DNA of 53,000 nt from Phoronis australis (taxonomy: Eukaryota; Animalia; Phoronida). The position numbers were made by a program, and so were the translations under genes. The notes under the pieces are model-generated. The model made no database searches. It saw only the letters and a list, made by a program, of their open reading frames with translations, and was not told the origin of the DNA. Numbering within the stretch: the stretch's first letter is position 1; the number at the start of each line of letters is the position of its first letter. The stretch is from assembly GCA_002633005.1 (NCBI GenBank), contig NMRA01001122.1, forward strand, positions 1 through 53,000, in the 5' to 3' direction. Shown one piece after another: positions 11,856-23,800 of the stretch.

Positions 11856-14800
11856 TCCCTCCCTCTCCCACNNNNNNNNNNNNNNNNNNNNNNNNNNNNN
11901 NNNNNNNNNNNNNNNNNNNNNNNNNNNNNNNNNNNNNNNNNNNNNNNNNNNNNNNNNNNNNNNNNNNNNNNNNNNNNNNNNNNNNNNNNNNNNNNNNNNN
12001 NNNNNNNNNNNNNNNTCTCTCTCTCTCTCTCCCTCTCTCTCGGTAGGAACCCAACACCCCTACCAAAACAGAGCCAGCGTGCGGTACACACCCGTAACAT
12101 GCTCATTCAACACTGGTTTTTCGTGACTGACCAATGAGGATTTCGAAATCTTCAGCCGAAATGTGTCATTTTCAACACAGCGATAGATGACCCCGTATAC
12201 AGCCACTAAATCATTTTCACAGAAGAAAAATGCTTTACTCTAGAAATCGCTAAAAATTGCCAAGACGATCGTGTTTGTGGGAAACAAAAACGAGAAATCC
12301 AGCCTTGTGGACTCTGTCATAAGACTTACCGATTTTCGAATGGTTCCGCTGTAATATCTTGGCTTGGAAAAACAATTTTTCATTTCATTGACACTGATAG
12401 AGCCAAAGTAAGCAGTCAACGCTACATGCAGTTATTAGATGAAAATCTCCCGGATTTTATTCTGGATACAATGACGTATTTCAGCATGACGGGGCTCCGT
12501 CACACACGAGCAAGATAACCCAGGCTCATCTGGAGGATGGCACACCAATATTTATCAAAAAGAATGTTTGGCCCCGGTTCAATCCTGACTGCAATCCAAT
12601 GTACTACGTCATGTGGGACTCTCTGAAGGAGAATGTTTACTGGGGAATGAGAAACAAATTGATTGAGCACGAGTTAAATGGCAGGATAATTAATATGCCA
12701 TTGGAGGAAATCTCGATGGAAGAAATACGGAAAAGCATTTCTGATTGGAACAAAGGGCTCTGTTTAGGCCTGGAGGAAGATGTGGCCAAATTGAGCATAG
12801 ACTAAAATTAGCAAGCTTCTATTGATGTCTGGTGTTTTTATTTTGACAGTACACACATAACTGGACACAGACCTCTTTGATATTTTGCACATTTGTTGAT
12901 GATATCTCAACGTGTGTCTGTAAGAAACTTGAAAAAATCGGTTTATCGGTTGATAAGAAATTACTTGTCGAAAAGTGGCTTACTATATGGCGTGTTTGTA
13001 ATTTCGAATGTCGAATGACATTACACCCGGTTACAACTTACTGACGTGAAAGGGACCTAATGATCTAGTGTCCATCCATACCCAATCATTCTCCGATTTT
13101 CCAACTGTAGCCGCGCACCTACAAAATATTAGCACAGTAGTAAACAAAAGCCTGTAGCGTGAAAGTGCCCATTCGTGAGCATTGAATACTGCATACTGCA
13201 GTGATTTTTTAAACACAAAAACCACAAGACATTAATTTGTCGATGGACGCTATGTCGTTAATTGTGACCGTTTTAATCTTTTATGGGTACAAAAGGATAC
13301 AAGAAAACGCCACACAGGTATCGGACAGTTGGAAATCGCCCTGTTTCCTGGAGGCGAACTGCCCAGTCCCAAATGGAACGTTGGTCAAACTCGAAAAAAA
13401 TACAAGCAGCATTACAGGTCTGTCAGTTTCTTCTACGACGCTCTAAGCTGTCACAAAATGTTACATGCACGTCCATCAGAAACAGTGATATAATGGGACA
13501 GGCTACCACGTGTTAAATACTGATGACGTAATTATCAGTCAGTCTACTCAATTTATTTGATAGTGGTTACAAACATGAATTGCTTCTTGGCAAAAATTAC
13601 TTGTGCAATAATTTAGACTACTTAGAAACAACTTTTAATCAAGAGAAAGTTTTTTGTTTGTTAAATGTTAATATCCAGTCTCTACGTTACAAATTTGACA
13701 AATTATAAATTGCTTTAAACTTTTTTGAAAACATTTCTTTCAAGAAACGTGTCTGAATAGAAAGATAAACTTTTCTGTCGTGGTTATAATTTTAAAAAGA
13801 AATGAATCTGACTGTTCCAAACGTGAGGACGTCAGCGAAAGTTTAACATTATCGACTTCGAAACAGTTAGCAATAAAAGGATATACATGTATGTTCCTTA
13901 CGCTACATCGAACAAGAAACAAGTACGCAAACAAACAATTTGATAAATTCTTCCTCACTTAGTCTATAGATGTTTTACATTGCTCTTACACTCGTTTTTG
14001 CTAATGCCTTATAACTTTGCTATTCTAAATAATCAATAAAGCTGAAAAATTAGCTACCCAATATCAGTTATTTTAAAGTGATACACCCTACGAGTCAACA
14101 GATATAGTACTGAATACCTGGATATCGTACGAAACTGTTGACGCATTAATAAACTCACAGCTCACCACAGGTCGAAGAGGACTCCTCGAAAGAAACAAAT
14201 ATGACAAGGAGATCGACGTCATATGTTGTCGCACTCTGCATCTATTGTTGCCTGGGCGACAATATTTGTCAAACGCGACAGTGAATTTCACAACAAGGCC
14301 TGTAGATATTAATATGGTAAAGTGTTTGCCAGTTTTCAACTTCATTTTAATAACTAAGCTTTCATACTGTAGGTCCCAATAGTAAATGCTGGCAAATTTA
14401 TATTTCTAATTTTCAACCGGGCGACAGTATGAGTAGGGTGCGACATTATGTGCAGCGCACACCGAGCTATAATGTCGTCCCCAACTGTGTTGAGAGGTGG
14501 TATGCTTAGCTGTGTTTTTGCATATAGGAGGATCCACAGTCAGAGAAAGACACAGGAAACTAAATGAAAGCCCAAAACGAGATTGTACCAAATTGAACGA
14601 GGGAAGGTTTCGGCAAATGGTTGGTAAAGCTGATGACAGACTCGTTTGCGGATCGTGGAGTTTACAAACAGGAACGTTCAATGTGAAATGTAGATGAACT
14701 AAACTCTGCAAGGACTGCGTTTCGTGATCCCCATCTTAGTTACTATTTGAACTGAGGACTTACGTATGAACTGGATATTTTGGATTTCACTTTGAAAGAA

Positions 14801-17800
14801 CATTTACAAATTACCCACGTAACCGACTGCAGTTTCTAGTAAAGTGCCTCTGCTTTTCTAGTCACTCTCTGTTTTTTATCTGATTTCTAGCCTTGGTTGA
14901 AAATTTTCTTTACAATTGTACGTTTAAAGCCAACTGACATTGGGTTACCCACTTAGAATCAAATTTAATGTACAGAATTCTTATGGTGGGCTACTGTTCA
15001 TGGAAGTCAATTCTATGCATTTATAGATTTTTAAGTTTCTTTTTTCGTTGTCATAACAAAAGTAAACGTTAATTTTACGACTTTCACGACTGCACCGCAA
15101 TTGGAAATGCCATTGGAAATAGGGTCATACTTTCACAGAGGAAAATATTGCGTGGGTAACACTTTTACCCGGGGTCATAATGTTAATTACTTAAGAATGA
15201 TTCCATATAAAAACCATATGCAAATGAAAAATCACTATATACTCAAAAATTCATACAGAGCTAATACTTTGTGCATGTGTTGGGATGCTGGCCCAAAGTA
15301 CGCAGCGGCAATATTTGCACTCAATGACCTTTGGTTACCGAGATATGACCTATTTGGCTATAAAGGCATATTTCGCATTTTTTCATGTAAGTAAAAGTGC
15401 ATTTTTTGAATGGCAAAAAATCAGACTTGGAAAACTGGTGACAAAGTTTGACATTGATGGTCAAAAAGACTCATGTAAGGTTAGTAAGAAAATGAAATTT
15501 GCACCTCATAGGTACAATTAAATTTCCAGCGGGGGAGAAAACTCCGAAACCACTTTTCAGGCCAGTCAGTAGTGGCAAGATGTTGCTTAACCTTCCTGCT
15601 ATATCGGAATATATTTGAAGTTCAAATTCTCTGTGTAGACACTTCTAAGATTGTGTAAGTGAGTTATGTAAAAAACTGACTGCACAAAAATATGAAAGAG
15701 ACAAGATTTTTTATTCTTGCGTTGGGCTGAACAAAGACAGCAGAAACAGATGGAAGTTAACTCATGTTCCAAAAGACTCCGATATAGATTTGGGAGAGTG
15801 ATAAAAATGCGTAAAAATGGCCTTAATAATAAGTAGTGAAAATGATATTTTTGTAGGCTAAAACGGGAGGACATAAAAAAATCAATAAATCCACTCGAAC
15901 TAGTTTTTCTTGTTTGTTATTCTTTCTCCTTTCTGCTATATAGTTATTTTTTCAATAACGTGAAGCGATGATGTGCTGTTGCTGACAAAATGTCACCTAC
16001 TTCCAAGTACTATTATTTGCTATTTTTCAGAAAAAGTACAAAGTGGTCGTAAAAAGGGTTAAAAAAACTCGGAAACTCTTAAAAATTCAGGCTCAGGTTT
16101 CTTTTGACAAGGCCAGCTGATGTGCTAAGTTTCAAAAAAAATTGGTGATTTTGCATATATAGCCCACCATCTGGTTTTTATATGAAATTGCTCTTAATTT
16201 CACGAGAATTGGCTGACAAATGTTTTGTTCTTGAAAATGACTGTGTTGCGTGATTTTCTCAGACACCATCTCTTATATATGCAAATAATCAAGTAATTCA
16301 AACCGGGAAGCAAGTTAACGATTTTTGTAACACACATAATTACCCACAAACCTCAGTTTTACTCCATTTTCAGCACCCGTAAGTTTGACGTTATCTAAAA
16401 CGTGCAGTTCATAAAATCTTGAAGACAACGGCTTCCACGTCCTGACCTCCTCCTTTATTACTTTAACCGGTTTGCCAGGCAACACCATCTCAAGAGCCAG
16501 CTTCGATACTGGTGTTTCTGAAAACAGAATGTTAAATCGCGTATCAGCTAATACACAAGCTCTTAAACAGAATTGAAGGGACATCGAAGCGCTTTTCACA
16601 GATTTGTAAAATACATTATAATGAAAATAAATCAGCAAAACGTATGAACAATACTTGTTTGTTGTGTTAGCACTAACAAACTTAAATTCTCTCGACATAT
16701 TTAGTCGAATATTCGAGTGAATAAGTTCTTTCGAAAGGCTTGATTGCCGTGCATTTATATTTGACGTATTATTTCTGTAGATAAACTTGTTCAAGCGATC
16801 GTAATTTCGATGTATGCATGTTAATATTTGATTTTTAGTGGAGTGTGATATGTATGACTCTAAATTCTTTGCTCACAATGCACTGACTTCCAACCATGTT
16901 TAAAGATGAATTTGCATGCTCCTAACTAGGAGCAGAAACTAAACGTCTATGGTTTTTGAACATCATCCACGCTAGACAAAGTGCAGTTGTATTCATGGAC
17001 AACTTGTAAAATGTGAAAACAAAAAAATCTGCAAATAGGTGACCTTTGCACTAATGACGTATCTCGCGGGCTCACAAAGCCCGCATCATGCAGTTTTAGT
17101 CCCCAGCACCACGTATCGATACTTAATGGACACGGTTCAGTGATTTGCGGCGGATCATTTCCGCCACAAGACCCGTTCATAAAAACATTTTCAACCTAAT
17201 TCAACTTACTGTTGACGCTATATGTTGTGTTTTTAAATACTTTGGTCAATCAAACACAGAGATAAGGATTTAGCCTGCAACTGCTATAGCTTATTACACA
17301 TCTCATGCTAAGCTTCCACCGTCTGCTAAAGTAGGTTACCACTAGATACTGAGTTTAATGTCCAAGTCAAAACATCTGAAGATCGATGATTTACAAGAGA
17401 CAGAAAATGACAAATAAATTTTACTAAATTAAAAATGTCGTTTTATTGAAATTTTGCGTCTTACACTGCCATTTGCTGAACATGCGATTGTTGCGCGTGC
17501 TCATTTAAGTATTCTATTTTCACATTTGATGACGTCAGCCGCTGAGTGGTGCAGTGGTAAAGCCGACGGCCCGAAACTCTTGCGGACCGGTTCGAAATCG
17601 GTCTCAGTTTCCCGCCAACATGTTGTTCAACGACGTTAGATAACTAAATTGGTTATTAAAGTGGAGGTGGACAGGATTGTTCATCCATGAACAACCCTGC
17701 CAATGTGGCACATACTCAGCCACAACACCGCGTTCCTTACAATGTGACTTTTTATCACTCCGGCTGATCTGCTCACTCAGCTTGCCCGAAACCTGCTTTG

Positions 17801-20800
17801 CAGGCTCTTATAGCCCAGTTGGCTGTTTGGTGTAACCACTTGGTACTTTATATGGTATTTGCCCATTTGGAAGTTTGTACCCACTTGGTATTTGTTATTG
17901 AATTTGCCGTTTTGCTCGACCCAGTTGGTAGGCAATCCGATCAGCCAATACCCATTTGGTACTATGCTAACCTGTGCCACTTAGCATCCGATACTCAATT
18001 ACACTTTCGGTATCGGAAATGTTTGTGTTATCTCTTGTAATTAAGGAACCCATCTGGTTCGTTCTGTGAAATATTAATTTGCAGAGCTGTGACCCTGAAA
18101 TTCCCAATACATTTTAAAATATACATTATTCTTGTTGTTTTATTTGTCCCCAATAATGAGATTTATGGCACTCTGACATAAATCCTATTATTTGGGCAAA
18201 TAGCATATAACAGACCTTCATGCTGCATACCCAACTCCTAGTTAGTTCCTACCAAGTCCGATGGTAGCGCTGTTGTTCTTTCTCTCCAGCTTCATGTTGG
18301 CCCAGCCTCAAGCAACAGTACATTCACTCGTAAGTTTTCCTATTAGATAATTTTATACTTCTCCCACCTTCCCTACCCTGGGTTCCACGAAATCTCAAGG
18401 CCACCGATTCATACCTTTCCCACACTCTCACCCTTTTGTCGAACAAAATCTGCTGTTGGTTATTGTTGTTTTTGCAGTCCCTGCTGGTACCTTCTTCAGG
18501 CTCGGAGCGTGTTACCGTCAGGCAAGAAGCAACGTCATTGGCTAGCGACCCGACATGTTCTCCAGCATCCATCACTGCAGCTTGCTTCTCTCCACCCCGG
18601 TCACAGCTCTCGGCAAACACTGAGCCACAACACCACGTTCCTTACAATGTCTCTTTTCATCACTCCAGCTGGTCTGCTCCCTCAGCTTGTCCGGAACCCT
18701 GCTTTGCAGGTTGTTATAGCCCAGTTGTCTGTTTGGTGTAACCACTTGGTACTTTATATGATATTTGCCCATTTGGCAGTTTGTACCCACTTGGTACTTG
18801 TTATTGAATTTGCCTTTTTGCTCGACCCAGTTGGTAGGCAATCAGCCAATACCCATTTGGTATTATGCACCCATTTGGGACTATGCTAACCTGTGCCACT
18901 TAGGATCCGATACTCAATTACACTTTGGGTATCGGAAATGTGTGTGTTATCTCTTGTAATTAAGGAACCCATCTGGTTCGTTCTGTGAAATTTTAATCTG
19001 TAGAGCTGTGACACTGAAATTCCCAATACAATTTAAAATATACTTTATTCTTGTTGTTTTATTTGTCCCCAATAAATGGTTGTATCGGCCGTTCGAGGCT
19101 GATATTGTGGCCCACCGTGTTTCATACGGTATGAAACACGGTTAATGAACTTATAGAATCGCGATTATATTTATTCTAAGTAAAGTGAATTAAGAGCAAA
19201 ACAATCATTCTCTTTGTAAGAGAAGGGTATGAACACCAAACCTTTACCAAACTTTAGAAACCTCAGCTACCCGAAGCCACAGCTTGCAAAAAAGCGCCCA
19301 TTAAACTTTTTGCATAAAAATATATCTAGAGTGCTGCGAATCTCGTTAAACAAATAAGCAATCCAAATGTGTTCAATATAACATTTAAGAACAAAGGAAA
19401 ATAACATATTAGTTTTTTAGTTAATAATGATGAAAATTGTATTTCCTTGTTTTGCCCTTCCTGTACTGGCTTGGTATTATGGCTACTATTAACACTCGAT
19501 TGACATGTGCGCAGCTACTTACGAGACACTACAAAACCGAAAACTTGTACGTCACACAGCGTCAGAGTCTCCGATTCACCGGGAATCTGTATGTACAAAT
19601 AACGTCCATACACCGGATGAGGGCTACATCTAACTGTTACTCTGGCACCGGTGGCAACTGAACCCTTGTGAGTGTTGCACAGCTGATGTGAAGCGGATGG
19701 ACTAGAGGTGTTGGTCACCTTAACGTTAAAGTCGTGGAGACGTTCACCTGCAATAACATGACACTATGTTGGTGATTTCAGTGAAATGCTCTGATACAAC
19801 AGCGGTGAAAGAGATTTTACTCACAACGGGTTAGGGACTGCTGTCACAAACTAGCTCAATGCTCCCGTCTTTAAAAATAGATGCTGGGAGTTGGTACGTT
19901 GGTCGGGACGACAGTCCTCAGCTTGCTCTGCTTTTGGCTCCAATTTGTGTACTTTTAAATTTACATTAATGTAAGTCACTTTTTGAATTTTACATAATCT
20001 TTTCAAGTTATTTGTCCACGTGTACTTTACTTATCATAACACTTTTGGTAATTTAATTGTACATCTCTGTTTGTGTTTTAACTGTATGTTAATATTTTCG
20101 ACCACGCCCACTTAAAACATTGGCAGCAACAAGGATGACACTAATGACGGCGCGGACAAATACCTCGGAGACTACGACATCGCCGGCGACACTGTCAAAA
20201 AAACGACAATGCGTCAGCAGCAAAACTAAGAAAATCGCCGAAGACTACAAAGCCGCACCCAACACCGATAACAACAACGACGTCGATCGTGTCACAAGAC
20301 ACCAACCAGGTCAAAGACTATGATACCGCTAAAATGAATCGTTTTCATTGTCTTCGTCGTCATCATAACCATCACCATCCCCACCATCATCAGTTATTGA
20401 TAACGAAGTCGATAAATAAACAAAAACCTGAACACGGGCTGCCAATCGACAAGAATACGAGGGAGGAACAGTCAATAAAAATAGTTGTCCACGCAAATAA
20501 CTGAAGAACGGAGAGTTTAGTGAAAAATAGACAATTGTTTCGTGTAGTATTTGGCGATCTTCATCCACATATTAGTTTTATAAAGATCCGTCAGAGGACG
20601 TCTTCATAATTCAAGTCAGATTCAAATAAAATGCAACTGTTCTCGAAACTATGAAAATTCAAAAATTGCGCGCAAATTTAAAGTCAATAGAAAGAAAAAT
20701 ATGGTACGTTACATGCAAACGATAGAAGGGTCAAGAACTGTTGTTTTTCAATCCTGAGACAACTACCTCGTGCCATATTACGCACCAGGGTCGGACCTTT

Positions 20801-23800
20801 TAGTCAGATTCCAATTTGGCAAAAACGACTGTCGAGGGCATTTGGGGGGTAAAGATGCCCTGAAATATTTGAGCTCACTAAATTTCCAATGTAGCTTGCG
20901 GTATCATGTGACCTTTTTGCGTAACCTTAACCTCCAGTTACAAAAATGGTATCAGAATCGATTTTATACTACCTCAAAACCCATAGTTTGTTGTATCATA
21001 CTCATTTTAAAAGGCATTTATTGGGATTTGTCAATTACAATATGGCCGTTGGCGGCCATCCTGGATTTGAGGGTTATGCTGGCATAATCCAGCGAGGCAT
21101 ACAATTTTTTGGATTCTGCACTCCAAAATTAGTTCAAAATCAATCAAAATCAAATACCCTCGACACCATTTTCTTAGGCCTTTTTTGAAAATTGGAACCT
21201 CACTATAAGCCAACCTCAATGCTCGAGAACGGTAAGTCATACCAAGAAACGGATGCCACACGTACTCCATGACTTCAGAAATAAACTAGCCAAACCTGGA
21301 AAATCATGTTACAAGAATTGTTTATCAGTTTATTCGAACTTTTGTTGCAATGCAACATTTTTTGTAGAATTTATGTTGGAACATAGCGTGACGATATTGC
21401 GCCTAAGAACTAAATTTTTGTGTACGTAACCGACTTGCGTAATAAGATGTCGTGATTTCAACAATGTGGATGAATAAAATGAGTCGAGATTTTGCCAAAA
21501 TTTAGCAACACTTAAAATGAATTCAAGTTGAAAATAACTGGATATTAAGTTCCAGATTTGTCTGCCGAAGCATTGTCGAATTTTTACATTTGTCCAGTTT
21601 ACTTGGACACTACTATGGGACGAGAAATACACCAATAAAAGCGTCATCAGAAATTCCGGTGTACTCGAGCAGTAAGTCGTAGTAAGAAACAGATGAATCT
21701 CTCCAAATATTCCTCGCCTATATTTATCACCATTTCAGAAGATTCTATAAAGCGACCGTAGATTTAGAGCTCAGCAAAAGATTATTCGAAAAATGATCAC
21801 CACACCGCCATTTTGCATCATATTTCGCTACGAGAAACGTGCCTATGACAGACCAACAAAAGACCAGCGAGCAATAGGTCAATAAAAGAAGTCGACAAAT
21901 CAGCAAATCTCGTGTAACACGAGAACGGCCAGTCGGAGCGAAAAAACGGATTGCATATCCTGAGATACCACTTGGTAAGACTTATTTACATAGGAATTTC
22001 ATAAGTCCTCGTCAAAGGACCGCGTAGCTAGAGCTCCGCGAAAGGAAGGCAATCACAGCGCCATCTGTAGTCCAATTTTGCCAAAAATGTAGGCCTCAAA
22101 CTTTTAACAAGATTATGGTGGGTGTAAGTTTCACGTGGATCAGACGAAAATGTGATCTGCCACGTTCGCATTATATATCAACAAAAAACTGTGTCTTTAA
22201 ACCACAGATCAGCCAAGCTTATATAACTCTAGAACGGCAAGTCGGGTGGTATGTACGAATAGTGTAAGTAAAAACGTGGAGTTTCGACCATGTTCTAAGG
22301 CCGTCTCCTGGCTAAAAGACAAATTGTGTCCTTCACCGCTGGTGTCACAGGGAAGTCTGTAGACACCTTACGTCCCAGTACCAAATATCAGTTGAAACGC
22401 AGTCTGCAAACCTGTTTAGATATAGTTTTCGACTCTTTTATGAATCGCTTCCTTCTCCCCTTTCCTGAACAACTCGGTCACTATTCCTAATATTTTGACA
22501 TCTTCAAAATCACAATGGTGACCTATGTTGTCAAGGTGAGTCTATACAGGTGAGTCCTAAGTATTCTCATAACTGGGACGGCGGTACTGGTAAAGTCACC
22601 CCCGTAATTAGCCTTACAACCCTCCTCACTACAATCGATCCCGTCTGCACCTGAAGACTTTCGTTCCTGAGGAGTGCGGTCTTTACATGATCTAAGCGTA
22701 GGCGCATGATTTTCAACGGCTTATGGATCACCCTGATCCCAACTCCTGGAAACCTCGAACCTATATAATAAACTCTATGCATAGGGCATGCTGAATTGTG
22801 CTTACGTGCTTTTCCTGCAATGAGTGTTGCTCTGATTGGTTCCGGAAAGGTGTGAAGGAAGTGATGAATGAGACAATCGAGAAATCATCTGTAAATAGGC
22901 TTGATGGTCTGCGTTTCAACTTACCTCACATCTGGGACTGGGTCGTAGGGCCCTTTCCGTGTGTGAATAACACAGCATGTCATTCAGTCAGCACATGAAA
23001 CCAAAAGCTCTCACGAATGCGACATCAACGACAACCAAGACAACGCCGATGACGCTGGTATTGACAACAACAACGATGCCGTCAGCAATTTAATGATGCA
23101 TACCGCAGTGCATTTACAGAGACAAGGCTGCCGATCAACGAAGTCGCAGTCAGTGACAGCGACGCCGCCTACACCGACGATGACAATGGCTATAATTCCG
23201 CCATTGCCGACGACAGCAACGCTCCGCGAGCCGACAAAAGTTCCGAACCAGGTAACAACATTGATGGTGTTAACACTGAATCCAATGACGTACAATGACG
23301 AAAGCTACAGAGACGCCGGCACTGCCATGGAAACAACGTGAATAACACTGATGAGATGAGAGCGCATCTGGCGTCCATATAAATAAGCCATTGTCACTCC
23401 AGACGACCGTTCGGCAATCAAGGTGCCGATAACAACGACCTTGAAGCAAACGACACCAATGCCAAAGGCGGCGCCGTTGGAAACCATACCTCACCGGTGC
23501 ACCCCCCCCTTGAAAATTGGATGTCACACACGATGACGTGATAGTTCCAAAATTTTAAAACCATTACTGTTTTTAGCCACTTACACGGACTTTCCAGGGT
23601 TTTAAAATGCGATGATAAGTAAAATTACATGTAGCACAGACTGCGTACACCTGTACGGCACAGAATACCAGCTCATCTGTTTATCAGATAAATTGAGCTA
23701 CCTACAGCCAGCATGTCCCAGCTTCACCTGAGAGCTTGCAACTATTACAACAGCTTATTTCATAGCTCTTTAACATAATTACCGCAACAGTCCCCTCTGT

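Noticed and set aside
11720-12137. SLSLSL / ERERER ORFs
   Set aside because: Translations of the (CT)n microsatellite and an N gap
13031-13225. WVWMD as a C-type lectin WND-like motif
   Set aside because: The required downstream cysteines are missing; phase and sequence fit better as Ig strands F-G joined to exon 11
13237-14700. Nested plus-strand gene from ORFs at 13237-13446 and 14170-14320
   Set aside because: No recognisable domain and no consistent open spliced frame could be built
17340-17375. 36-nt phase 1-1 micro-exon candidate DVLTWTLNSVSS
   Set aside because: Weak donor (GTAACC) and short enough to arise by chance; not included without transcript data
17541-17608. Functional tRNA gene
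   Set aside because: The anticodon arm does not form and the overall cloverleaf is imperfect
17810-18010. CRISPR-like array from repeated cccaNttgg motifs
   Set aside because: Repeats are only ~9 bp with irregular short spacers, in eukaryotic intronic DNA with no cas genes
23011-23527. Thr/Pro-rich mucin-like ORF on the plus strand (similar tract at 20110-20400)
   Set aside because: Degenerate (ACG/ACA)n low-complexity DNA on the strand opposite the gene, with no supporting splice structure
23789-23797. RGD tripeptide as an integrin-binding site
   Set aside because: It is part of the standard FTL NRxDCC sugar-binding loop
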